From Veleropilina oligotropha (lineage: Eukaryota): 64,000 nt of DNA. The DNA lies in assembly GCA_048128005.1 (NCBI GenBank), contig JBEUKZ010000100.1:1-64000 (forward strand), given 5' to 3'. The notes under the pieces were generated by a model, which saw only the letters and a program-made list of their open reading frames with translations, had not been told where the DNA came from and ran no database searches. A program made the position numbers and the translations under genes. Below are positions 1-11,700 of the stretch, piece by piece. Position 1 is the stretch's first letter. Every line of letters begins with the position of its first letter.

Positions 1-498
1 CTTGTTTCTTTCTTACTACAATAAATATGTTTACTGAGACTGGTTTCGTTCATTGTTGCAACATTCACACATCATACATCAATATTAAAACGTATCAACT
101 GAAAATATCCTATCGTGATATTATACTATCTTGTTCTTGAATACTTCCTGCGATTATACACGCTACTTTATAAACACACTGTCACATATGTAATTATTTT
201 CATTTCACAACGTTTGATTGGTCTAAATGACACCACAAGGAATATGCCAAATAATCTTATCTTTCCATTGGGCTTCGTACAGTAATCTGATTGGTTAATG
301 ATCGTTCTACAATACTCATGTAGCCTACCCAGGCGAATAACATTTTCCAGTTTGTGCTCAATTTTAATTTCGCGTTTGTATATTTCCCATCACCTTTCTT
401 ACTTTTATTCATTTGCAATGGATACATAATCTTGTCGTACTTTCAACAGCATGATTAATATTACATAGATGCAGATGCGCTGTCACAATTGTATATGT

Positions 499-623
499 TG
501 GGGCCATTTTGACCTACTTCGCACTGGGGGCCATTTTGACCGGGGCCTTATTGACCGGGGCCATTTTGACCGGGGCCATTTTGACCGGGGCCATATTGAC
601 CGGGGCCATTTTGACCGCGCACC
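499..623. mobile_element. Orphan terminal repeat array of the MULE family (15-bp unit GGGGCCATTTTGACC, terminus ...GACCGCGCACC)
   Basis: Same unit and same terminal motif as the right end of the transposon at 4632-4754. No partner end was seen in the window. Confidence 0.75.
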
Positions 624-2090
624 CAAGCCGGCCATAGAGCTCATAAACTAATTTAGAGTCGCTGGATACTATTGACTGCTTGCATTCAAGCAATTAAAGC
701 AATTAATGCAGTTCAATTCTTCTGACTGAACGCAAAAAATAAACTGTTTTAATATTGAACCACCAGTCATAGCGCTATGAAATTGAACATACGAATTCAC
801 AGAAATGTGATGCGTATTGTATTTAAATTTCAAGTTCATAGTCCTAGTTACAGCTAAGTTATTTAGGAGTTAGAGCAGAACTAAACCTCTAGTTTTTACG
901 ACATACTAATTTCTTATATCTCTGCAGGCAGTGCCATGGCCACAGTTTATTGATACAAAGTAATTAGGTGGCCATAATGTCAATACAAGACCATGGGGCT
1001 TTGTTGACACAGGGTAATAAATTACTTTAAGCCAGCCAGATATAGTCACTACATAAAAAATACACTGTCTTTTTGCAGTATTACCAGTCGCAGCTATTCG
1101 AAAATATGCATATATATTATTTCCCCTAAGATGGCACTAGTGTTAAATTTACCACTTGATGGTCCCCGTACAACCTAAGTTATAGCAGTTACAAAATGAT
1201 GTCAAAAAATGTCTATGTCTTTAAATTAACTTAAATAAGTGATAGATTTTTTATATATTGCGTTAGATAAATTTGATGTGTTCATAATGAACTTTATTTC
1301 GTTTCAAATAATTAAATATTAAGGAAGGTACGACTAATTGAAATTTTAAATTTCAAATGACTTTTGCTCTTAATATTTTCATACTGTTATTTTTTGGTTT
1401 ATTATACATTTATAAGAACATAACACAACGTTCCCACCTACGAAGTTTCATTGTGATCGGACAGACGACTGCAGGGAAAATGACGTTTGAAGTTTTTCAA
1501 ACAATCCAAGATGGCGGCTTAACCACATCACGCAGAAATATCTTCTTTGTAGCAAAATTAACTTACAGAAAGCGTCTACCACTCAGCGAAGGTTGAAGAC
1601 TATAGTTAAAGCAGAATAAGAGTTATAGCCGATGTAAAAAAGTGTGATTTTTTCAAAATTATTGAGAGATTCAGATGGCCGTAACTGCCTTGCTTTTGTT
1701 CCGATAACATTTTCGCTTTCAAACTTTTTTCTTCACATAGTGAAGATCATTATTTAGGAACATCGCGTACCTCACTTCAGCCGTTTGGCCGAAGAAGATG
1801 GTATAAAAAGGTGCTTTTTTAAAGAAAAAACCTTAATTGCCGCTAAGCCAGTGGCGCCGCATAGCAGAAATTAAGTGCGAAACAACTTCAGTACCATAGA
1901 TACATGTTTACCAATTTTAGAGTTTTTGATTTAAGCGGTTTGGAAGTTATCACTGGTACAAACTCAGCCGGAATAATAGGAATAATAAAATAGCAAAAAC
2001 AATAGGGCTCCAGCTGAAGCTGTTGGAGCCCTAATAAACAAAATAGCAAAAACAATAGGGCTCCAGCTGAAGCTGTTGGAGCCCTAATAA
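624..2090 (-). mobile_element. Helentron-type non-autonomous element (HINE/DINE-1-like), 5' part, with tandemly repeated 5' terminus
   Basis: Minus-strand 5' terminus TTATTAGGGCTCCAACAGCTTCAGCTGGAGCCCTATTG (subTIR plus inner inverted repeat) has the same architecture as 7153 and 60423. The body extent is approximate. Confidence 0.55.
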
Positions 2091-2548
2091 ACAAAATAGC
2101 AAAAAAATGGCCCCGGTCAAAATGGCCCCGGTCAAAATGGCCCCGGTCAATATGGCCCCGGTCAAAATGGCCCCGGTCAAAATGGCCCCATGAGCAAACT
2201 AGGTCAAAATGGCCCCAGAGATAAAATAATATTATAGAAAATAAAATCTATATCTATATCTAAATGAATAAATAATGACTATTAAGTGATAATATAACAA
2301 CAACAGATGATAGAAAGTAATATATTTTAATATATTCTCAAAGGATAAATATACAACTATAAACATTACGGTTCTGATGAAAGTATTTTACATCCTTCTG
2401 CTCGATTGTACTCAATGTTACTATGCAAACATAAACTATAAATCTGACAAACTAAATTAACGTCATTATGGTCAGTTATCCTCAAAATGTATACAGTACA
2501 GTATATGCAACCATAAATCAGACTGAACTGAAATTGCACAACTAACTA

Positions 2549-4009
2549 TTAATGTCCAATATGAATGTTGTGCCCAACACCACGCAAGAAATTCGCTAGT
2601 ACCGATCGGCCTTCACTGTATTCGGTACACAGTGTTTTCAGTCGGCGTTGTTGCTGTATGTGCACGCGTTTCGTCCTCTTCTTAGGGGGATTTCCAATCG
2701 TCGCCTGAGATAGCATTGTTGTGGAATTACACTCTTCAATTTGAAGGTGCTTTATTAATTTCCATATCGATGGATGATAGAATCCAACCAACTGGCTGAA
2801 ACGGCTATTCCAGCCTTCACACATGTTGTTGGTGCGGGGATCATCGTTTAATGTCTGTTCATGCACATTCCAGAGCTCGGGAGGGAATCTGGCCGGAATG
2901 CGTCGAATTTGCAAACGGTTTGCTTCGTCAACCACAATTCGTCGTTGTCGGTATATCCCGTTAACGTACGTGGCATCGAAATAGGCCATCAGAGCATCTG
3001 CTCCATCGGGGGCGATTTCTCGAAGATGTGCCATGCCGCGCACGACATCAGCCACGGGCAAAAATGCCAAACCGTCGAGCATTCCACAAAACAGTCGAAA
3101 ATCTTCTTCAGTTTTATAGCGAACGACAAGTCCCAACTCCTGGATCTTTCGCCAGGTTGATTGAGCGAGATGGTAAAAGCAGCCCTTGGATTGAGTGCCA
3201 TCTCCCAAAACTGACCGAACTGCTTGAATAACGCTGGTTTCGTAATCCAGGATGACGAATTCGGGATCGCAGACACACCCCAAGTCATCGCACTTGTCGA
3301 GGATAGCTTGTAATAGTTCTTCATATGCAGCCTGTGATTTCCGTTGAAGGAGCGCATAGACGAGTGGCACAGAGACTTCACCAAGAGGGGCGTGCACGAC
3401 ATAGAGTTGTAGAAAGCCCGCTGGGGCAATGGAAAAACACCCATCCATCATCCAGCGATGGGAATTTGCCAACTTTAGCAAATGATCATCGGTGGCAAAA
3501 GCAATGATGCGACTGTCGCTTTCAGGGCCATTATCATAAAACAAGAATCTCTTTGGGTTCTGCTCTCTAGTTTGAGCCCAGTCACTATCGACGTCAATAA
3601 CGAGGTCACGGAGGGTCGCGGGCACTTCTGGAAATTCAGCAACTCGCTGTCTTCGAATAACTCGTTTGCAGATTGACGATTCAGGCATATGGGTTTTCGT
3701 TTGCAAATCAACAACCTGTAGAGTTTGGGCAAATATCAGGGCAGGTTTATCGTTCGTGGCAGTTGCTCTCGCTTTCATCGTGGTGCGTGCTTTAGCCACT
3801 TTGATTTCAGTTCCGTTTGGTTCATGGTTATGATCACTCGAAATAATCGGAAACTCTAATTCATGACTTGTGCTCAGTCGAGATTTACATCCATTTGATC
3901 GTTTTACGCATCTCCAATGAATGAAATTAGTTGACGTCTTCTGGACTGTATACATGTAATGGTTGTGACAAAGTTTGCGTCCGCCCTTAGTACTTGTTAT
4001 AACTTCCAT
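2549..4009 (-). CDS. FLYWCH zinc finger + MULE DDE transposase, 486 aa from the first ATG
   Basis: KGGRKL...HWRC...C...HNH (FLYWCH). MMDGCF, ILDYE, GCFYH (CxxH) and RTNNMCEGWN are the MULE catalytic motifs. The ORF is uninterrupted. The ORF track starts at TTG 4048; the first ATG is at 4009. Confidence 0.93.
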   Translation of the reverse strand: MEVITSTKGGRKLCHNHYMYTVQKTSTNFIHWRCVKRSNGCKSRLSTSHELEFPIISSDHNHEPNGTEIKVAKARTTMKARATATNDKPALIFAQTLQVVDLQTKTHMPESSICKRVIRRQRVAEFPEVPATLRDLVIDVDSDWAQTREQNPKRFLFYDNGPESDSRIIAFATDDHLLKLANSHRWMMDGCFSIAPAGFLQLYVVHAPLGEVSVPLVYALLQRKSQAAYEELLQAILDKCDDLGCVCDPEFVILDYETSVIQAVRSVLGDGTQSKGCFYHLAQSTWRKIQELGLVVRYKTEEDFRLFCGMLDGLAFLPVADVVRGMAHLREIAPDGADALMAYFDATYVNGIYRQRRIVVDEANRLQIRRIPARFPPELWNVHEQTLNDDPRTNNMCEGWNSRFSQLVGFYHPSIWKLIKHLQIEECNSTTMLSQATIGNPPKKRTKRVHIQQQRRLKTLCTEYSEGRSVLANFLRGVGHNIHIGH

Positions 4010-4130
4010 GTTGGTCAAAACCAGAATGAATACTCTAAAGCTGAGCAATGCTTTTTATATAATTTCATCACAGTACGTCAATAGATATGATTAATTATCA
4101 ACACCTTCACCTTCTTCAAAGAGTTATATC

Positions 4131-4230
4131 AATCCAAGCTACTTAGTCTCTAAATCCAAGCTACTTAGTCTCTACATCAAAGCTACTTAATCTCTAAATC
4201 CAAGCTACTTAGTCTCTTTACCCAAGCTAG
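4131..4230. repeat. 22-bp minisatellite (AATCCAAGCTACTTAGTCTCTA) x~4 upstream of the transposase
   Basis: Visible tandem copies. Confidence 0.85.
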
Positions 4231-4359
4231 CCTGACGGAGGTGAGAATCGAATAGACACCATCAACAATACACTTCTATTTTAAACTGAATACAATCTCA
4301 TTTGTGGCTTATGCACCTAAGGTAATCCATCTTTAAAAATACAATTGTGGAATTGTGGA

Positions 4360-4618
<259 letters not shown>

Positions 4619-5297
4619 TTTTTAAAATCTGAGGGCCATTTTGACCTAGTTTGCTCTTGGGGCCATTTTGACCGGGGCCATTTTGACCATTTTTTTTGGA
4701 CCGGGGCCATTTTGACCGGGGCCATTTTGACCGGGGCCATATTGACCGTACACCAGCAAAAACAATAGGGCTCCAGCTGAAGCTGTTGGAGCCCTAATAA
4801 TGTTTCAATATATACTCAAAGTAGATATTAAACTCTAAACTAAAAATCCGACCAATGAAATTAACATCATTCTGCTCGGTTCTGCTTAAAATATATATAT
4901 ATACTGACCAAAGAAATTAGCATCATTATACTCTGCTCAAAGTTACTATACATACAACTCTAAACTAAAATAATTACCAAATAAATTAGCATCATTCTAC
5001 TCGGTTCTGCTCAAAGTTACTATATACAACTCTAAACAGTAAAATTAAATATTAATATATATATATTAAAATTAAATATTAATATATATATATATTTATT
5101 TATATTGCTTATGATGTCAATCCGTCGTTCTGATTGGATGATGTTAGTTACGTAAATACCCTTATACTCCTCTTGTTAGACGTCATTTTCACTCATGAGT
5201 AATACAAAATTTTAATATACGTATAATTATTAAACATATACATATACATTTATATATGTATGAAACTAAAGCATTGAGTCTATATCATTTTATATCT

Positions 5298-5377
5298 GGG
5301 GGCCATTTTGACCTAGTTTGCTCTTGGGGCCATTTTGACCGGGACCATTTTGACCAGGGCCATTTTGACCGTGCACC
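5298..5377. mobile_element. Second orphan MULE terminal repeat array
   Basis: GGGGCCATTTTGACCTAGTTTGCTCTTGGGGCC...GACCGTGCACC, nearly identical to 4632-4754. Confidence 0.75.
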
Positions 5378-6149
5378 ATGGTTCCCACATAAGAAACATG
5401 AAAAATCAACAAAGATTCGAAAAAAACATAAACAAAGTTCTGAGGTCGAAATCGCGGATAACGTGGAAGACCTCGTAAACAAGAAAACGAACTAGAACTA
5501 GAACAACATCAAGGCATAGCGTAATGTTTGCTTTTTCTGCACATTATAACAGTGTCGCACCTGGTGTGGTAAGTTCTTCTTACTGTGACGTCATCTATTG
5601 TTCTGGGCAGTTGTTTATTCTGCCTATTCAATCGAAAAACAAAGCTTTGTTGACCCAGCCGTGGAATAGTTTAAAGGCATTCATATAATACACGGCAATT
5701 AAGACTTTCATTCAACGAATGCACTCCAATTAACTACAATAGCGGTACCTGGTGGGGAATGAGGCTATTATTTAATGGTGAAATGTTTTAAGTGACAAAC
5801 TACTCACGGCCCTCGACAAGGAGTGTATTCTCTGAACTATTCAACTCTATCAAGTAGTTTATCCTATACATAACACTGTTACTGGTATGGTGGTTCGTTG
5901 TTGAACTGGCCTGTTAAAACACAAATGATGTGTAAGCGACACATTAACTCTATCACACTTCCACCACCAACGGTATGCACGATTTAAGTCTTGGGTGAGA
6001 AATGCTTCTTGTATCAACACTGTCATAATGTACATGTTGTTTTGGCAACGATGGCTCGTGTGGGGACATGCCTGTGGAAACATCGTCCGTCTGTCTGTCT
6101 GTCCATTATATTTCAATGAGGAGGAATTATGCTTAATGTCCTGTATATT

Positions 6150-6374
6150 TATAACATCGAGGTTCAAGGCAGGACATGTCCGTGTTATCGCGGGAGGAAA
6201 CCCCGGTCGCCGGGTAAACCCGCCCTCTTCGGCCAGTCACGGACAACTGTGCTTCATAACTTGAACAAATGTGTGCTGCCTCAGCCGGGGGTCGATCCCA
6301 CTACTGTACGCGTCAGCGGAAACAAGCCAGTGAATTAAGAGTGGACACTCTACCCACTGCGCTACCGAAGCGGC
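6150..6374 (-). mobile_element. tRNA-derived SINE, family 1 (reference copy)
   Basis: A-box TAGCGCAGTGG, B-box-like GGGATCGACCCC, V/Meta-like core GGGTTTACCCGGCGACCGGGGTTTCCTCCC, tail GGACATGTCCTG. Related copies occur across the window. Confidence 0.75.
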
Positions 6375-6379
6375 AAATA

Positions 6380-7153
6380 GCCAATGGACATTTACGATAT
6401 ATTAAGTAGGCGTTATAAGGTGACCTCGAATGACCTAGATAGCCAAAAATGACATAATTGCTAAAAAAATGTGTAATAATGATATAGCAACATATGTGAA
6501 GCCATGAAAGTTTTATAATGAGACCTTGACTTTTGACCTCGGATGACCTAGATACCCCAAAATGGTGGCTTAATTACCAAAAATGGGTAATAATGATGTA
6601 GTAACAAACATATGTGAAGCCATGCAAGTTTTATAATGAGACCTTGACCATTGACCTCGGATGACCTAGATATCCCAAAATGACTTAATTAACGAAAATC
6701 GGCAAAAAATAGCCTATGGACATTTAGGACATATTAAGTGGGCTCTTCAATGTGAACTTGAACTTTGACCTGGGATGGCCTAGATAGACGAAAATGACTT
6801 AATTACTAAAAAATGGGTAATAATGATGTAACAACATACTTGAAGCCATGGAACTTTTATAATGAGACCTTGACCTTTGACCTCGAATAACCTAGATAAC
6901 AGAAAATGACATAATTAACGAAAATTAGTAAAAATAGGCTATGGATATTTAGGACAGACTAAGTTAGCTTTCTAAGATGACCTTGACTTTGACCTTCCCT
7001 GACCTAGATAGCCGAAAATGACCTACTAAGCATAAATGCGCCAAAATGATGTATACAATTTGGCAAAGTTTAGGGCGCATTCAAACGTGTCCATGACCTG
7101 TTACTTATGAATTTGGTTTCAACGGAAGCCGTATAACTGCTCGCCGTTCTAGT
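6380..7153 (+). mobile_element. Helentron-type element, 3' part, with internal ~120-bp tandem repeats
   Basis: Repeated GACCTTGAC.TTTGACCTCGGATGACCTAGATA units. The 3' end CGGAAGCCGTATAACTGCTCGCCGTTCTAG reads as subTIR, hairpin and CTAG. Confidence 0.55.
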
Positions 7154-8802
7154 TAGGGCTTCAAGTCTTATGAAAGTCTTGAAGACCTATTGATTTTCTT
7201 CCGTTTATTAGAACTTCGCAAGCTTTGAAAAAGCACGAAGCTCTATTGTTATTCTACGAATTATTATTTTTCTTTTTCTCTAGATTTTTCTTCCAACTGT
7301 AACTCAAAAACTTCTTTTGACAAGCGGTTCAATCTTTGACAAAAGGCGGGGACAGAAGCGAAGGTGTGCTTCGCGATATTTTGACATTGTAGGACTCAGC
7401 GTTTGGCCGCTATTTAAGATTAATTAAAATTTTAACCTCTTATTAAAAAATCTTGTCAAAAAACGACAAAGCTAGCGAGGGGAAACTTTCCAGATATGAT
7501 GTACGTCTTATGACGAAGTTATATTGCGAACTAAAAATAGATCGATCTTAAAGCAAAGGAGTTGCGGGCGTCAGAGTCTTGGGAAAAATTGGAATTTTTA
7601 ACATTTCTTATATCGGTTAATAATTCTTACTCCACTTTAACTATACTTTTCAAGCTTCGCAGGGGTATTAGTGCATATGCGAAGTTACGTTTGCTTCAAA
7701 GAAAAAAATCGTCGATACGTCTGTTGGTTAGGCGGCATTCTCGGATTGAAAAAAATATTTAAAACGTCATTTGCTCATTGGATGTTCGGACGTCCGAACT
7801 GAAATTAAGTATACATGACAATCATATCATCTGTATGTTGTTTTGTAATCAATAGATGGCTAGGATTAACATTTTAGAAGTTACGGTTCATAGACTTTTA
7901 AAATTAAAATTTTGCGTATCTTCGTTAATATTTAATTTTACGAAACTTAATGTGCATCATTTTATCCACATGGAATTTCTCTTGCGAAATACATATCTAA
8001 AATTTTAGTTTCTTATTTAATTATGCGGTTGGGGAGATTACTGTTTTGCCTTTTAAAACTTGAATAAGGCAGTTTCTACTACAGCTGCAACGTCGCATTT
8101 TTGACACAAATGTCATGTTATATAACTTGTAGCATGTGCTAAATTACACGCAATTCCATTGAATAGTTTCCTTTTTAGAAAATGGTATTTTATTTCTGAA
8201 TCAAGTTATCAGGGCTGCTTATTTTACGACCAATTACTTGTGTAAACATAGACCATCAGGCTAATGTGATCAAAGAGTTGGCACGCGATTTATTGCTCAG
8301 ACAGACACTAATGAGACAACCTCAGTGCTCTGCACAGCCCATGATATTTTCTCAGTGGGGGGGATAAGTTTAAAGAGCGCCCCCTACCTTGTGAATGTTT
8401 CTTAATATAGTTTATCACAGGATAACTCGATAACTCCGGTTCTAGTAGGACTATAGATTTAAAATTTTGACACAGTTCCTATGTTATAACCATTTAAGCG
8501 TTTGATAAATTTCGTGAAGATCGAGTGAATAGTTTCAATTTTAGAAAATACCATTTTCATCACAAGTCAAATTAATCAGTGTATTCCTCGGCTAAATAAT
8601 TTTATTACAGCATCTCTCCGGATCCAACACGCGACTAATCTTTAAGTAAACACAATGGACAGGCCTGCTGAATATTATGACATAATGTCAATATAGACAG
8701 GTAGGCGCTTTGGGACTTTCTATACCTTATAGTAAACCTTACATTTAAAGACTCTGCAATTGGATAATCTTTTAATGTAAGGTGTTCTCTTCCCTTAACG
8801 AT

Positions 8803-9074
8803 GTGCGCTCTTGCTATAGAAATATAAATAACTGGTGTGACTATTACACGAATATTATAAAAATCGCATAACAAATGACTCATGACTCAGTTTGCTATGC
8901 GCGATTCGCAAATGGTTGCTACATTCGTCAAACGTGCGGGACATTAATATATCGTCACATTGGCTAGATAAATATCGTCACACAGGATAAATAAATTATT
9001 ATGAGTCATTTGTTGTGCGATTTTTATAATATTCGTGTAATAGTCACACCAGTTATTTATATTTCTATAGCAAG
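8803..9074. repeat. Foldback/MITE-like inverted repeat (~75-bp arms)
   Basis: 8810-8883 is the near-perfect reverse complement of 9001-9074. The right arm appears to resume (GCACA) at 10534, after the insertion. Confidence 0.75.
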
Positions 9075-9609
9075 GAGTGTAGGTAAAAATGGCCAAGGTA
9101 AAAATGTCCAAGGGTAAAAATGTCCAAGGTAAAAATGGCCACGGGTAAAAATGGCCAAGGTAAAAATGGCGAAGAAATTTAAAAAGTATAAATGATGATA
9201 AATGTGAAGAAATTTCCATTCTAGCTAGACTATATAATAAGTGACTATTTATAATACATCAATTTAAGAAATAATATGCTATTAAATTTAATTTAAGAGC
9301 AATAATAAATTGTATATTTATACTATATTTAGGACATAATATACACCATGGGAATTAATTATTCCCTTGACTTCAATGAACTGAACATGCCGTAGACAGT
9401 GTTTAGTGAATACATTGATATAAATACAATATTATTAAGACTTCACAAAAGATGAAACTTGAAAATGATGTTGTGTAGTGTGTATATAAATTTTATAGCA
9501 TTATTAAATATATGAAAGAAATGGTTATGGTTCTTGATTCTAGATAAATATGTCAATAATGTACTTTACATGCATGAGACCCTGTACGAAAATAACATTG
9601 TTCAAGAAA

Positions 9610-9795
9610 CACCTGAGTTGATAGCGTGCAGCAAATTCACTCATACTGACTTTGCGAATGTGGGTTCGACTCCCTGGGCCATAGGTCGAAAAATTTGGGC
9701 AGGTTTTCCCGGATACTTATCCGAGCTTTCCTCCAATGATAACATGGACATGTCCTGGTATGACCAGAAGAGGGTATTAGATGGACCATAAACAA
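9610..9795 (+). mobile_element. SINE family 1 copy inside the MULE derivative
   Basis: B-box GGGTTCGACTCCC, core GGTTTTCCCGG...TTTCCTCC, tail ATGGACATGTCCTGGTATGA. Confidence 0.65.
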
Positions 9796-10038
9796 TTACT
9801 CACTAACTCATCTTCAGTTATTTCATTGCTGGCTAAAGCACAAAAATGCTGAACGAACTAGTTACTAAAGATCAATGACGTTAAGCAAAGCTGTACCTGA
9901 ATTATGTGTAGCAGACGAAAGTCTATATGCACGTAAAGTGGTCGATAATGGGGGTGGGTGGGATGCGCCTGCCATACTGCTGAATTCGTGTGAAAGTGGT
10001 TGTAACATTCTGTTTCAATCAATCACTTCAATCACTGT

Positions 10039-10071
<33 letters not shown>

Positions 10072-10103
10072 CACACACGCGCACACACACACACACACAC
10101 GCA

Positions 10104-10135
<32 letters not shown>

Positions 10136-10141
10136 CACGCA

Positions 10142-10222
<81 letters not shown>

Positions 10223-10262
10223 TCAAGCATACATGCATGCATACATACATACATACATAAAA
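10039..10262. repeat. Compound (CA)n/(CACG)n/(TA)n/(CATA)n microsatellite
   Basis: Direct reading. Confidence 0.97.
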
Positions 10263-11379
10263 CATACATATATATAAATATAATGTATATAAATTACATT
10301 TAAATTTATTTAAAGCTATATATATATATATATATATAAATAGCTTTAAATAAATTTAAATGGAATATTTCCATAAATATCCATGCATTACATATATATT
10401 TCGCTCATGGCCATTTTTACCTTAGCCATTTTTACCCACTTGTCACTTTTACCTTGGCCATTGTTACCATGGCCATTTTTACCTTGGCCATTTTTACCTT
10501 GGCCATTTTTACCTTGGCCATTTTTACCGCGCACCGCACATTAAGTTGCGAATAAACAACATAGAATGCGCGCAAGAAGTCGGGCGCAACAGAAGACGCA
10601 CCGCTGGGTTTTTACAACTTTCGCTGGCACTAGACAGCAGCAGCTGGCAAGTGAAATATATATTATGCATTTTAATACAAATTAAAGATATATTTGCGTT
10701 CAAATATAGCGAATGGGACGATATATTAATGTTCTGCGCATTTGACGAATCTGTGCGTTTCGCACAACATAATACAATTCTTAAACTGCAACCATTTGGG
10801 AATCGCGCAGCAAAATTTATGAATGAAGGCATTCGGTTCATTAGCATCTCATTGACTGGAAATAATTATATATACTATGTAAGTGATCAAACGCGGCGTT
10901 CCAAACCGAAATACATGCGTGTGGCTGCTTGATTTACCCAAATATACATTTGAATTCGCCAAATTTATATTTAATATGATGAAATAAGTAGTTATTTGTA
11001 TATGTAATGTATTTGTGTTGCTCTCATGGTATTTAGTGGCAATTTCATACGAAATGCGCAAATTATTTTACAATACGCGCAATACGCAAGTTCACGGAAA
11101 TCTGATGTCACTGATTTTGAATCGGCCAAATCTATGTTTAATTTTCAAAATAAGTAGTTATTTGTGTACATTTGGTTATATGCAATATATATTTGCATTG
11201 CAGAGTGTCGATATTCCCAGGGGTTGGGGTAAACAGATTTGACCTTCAGTCAGCTACACAATTCAAAATATCCATGACGGAACATTAAAATCACAGCTCC
11301 TGCGAACCGACTTACTGAATAAATCGTCAGTTAGACCATGGACCAAGACAATAAAATGACATCATAAAATGCTTTAAAT

Positions 11380-11700
11380 ACAAATAGCAGGCCGAGCAAG
11401 AGCGAAGAATGTTATGTGTATATCGCCAAGGGGAGGCACCTGTATTATCTGTCATACACACCGAGGAAATCTATTGTAAATTGCAAGCTGTCATCACTTA
11501 AAACAAGAAATTGTCCAAGATAACATTCTCATGAGCTCGATATGAGAGTCGACCCTTCCATTGGCAATTTGTCAAATCCTTTGTCACTCAATTTAATCTA
11601 TCCAACAAGCCGAGGTAGCCCACTGTTATTTTGTTAATGGAACAATGGAGATTTAACACTAGGAGGTCTATTGTTCAAATAACCATCCCCATGGTGGGTA
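11380..11700 (+). repeat. Dispersed repeat; inverted diverged copy at ~28090-28385
   Basis: CATACACACCGAGGAAATCTATTGTAAATTGCAAGCTGTCA matches the reverse complement of TGACAGCTAGCAATCTACAATAGATTTCCACTGTGTGTAT at ~28270. Confidence 0.6.

Larger units (their letters stand above)
9074..10534. mobile_element. Non-autonomous MULE-type element with repeat-array TIRs (unit GGTAAAAATGGCCAA)
   Basis: Left array 9074-9170 and inverted right array 10408-10534, ending ACCGCGCACC like the 2104-4754 family. No coding capacity. Confidence 0.8.

Noticed and set aside
469..651. ORF with GHFDR repeats (also 5256-5495 and 8944-9219)
   Set aside because: Translation of 15-bp transposon TIR repeats.
2861..3732. 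Short ORFs overlapping the MULE transposase
   Set aside because: Alternative-frame and antisense by-products without independent support.
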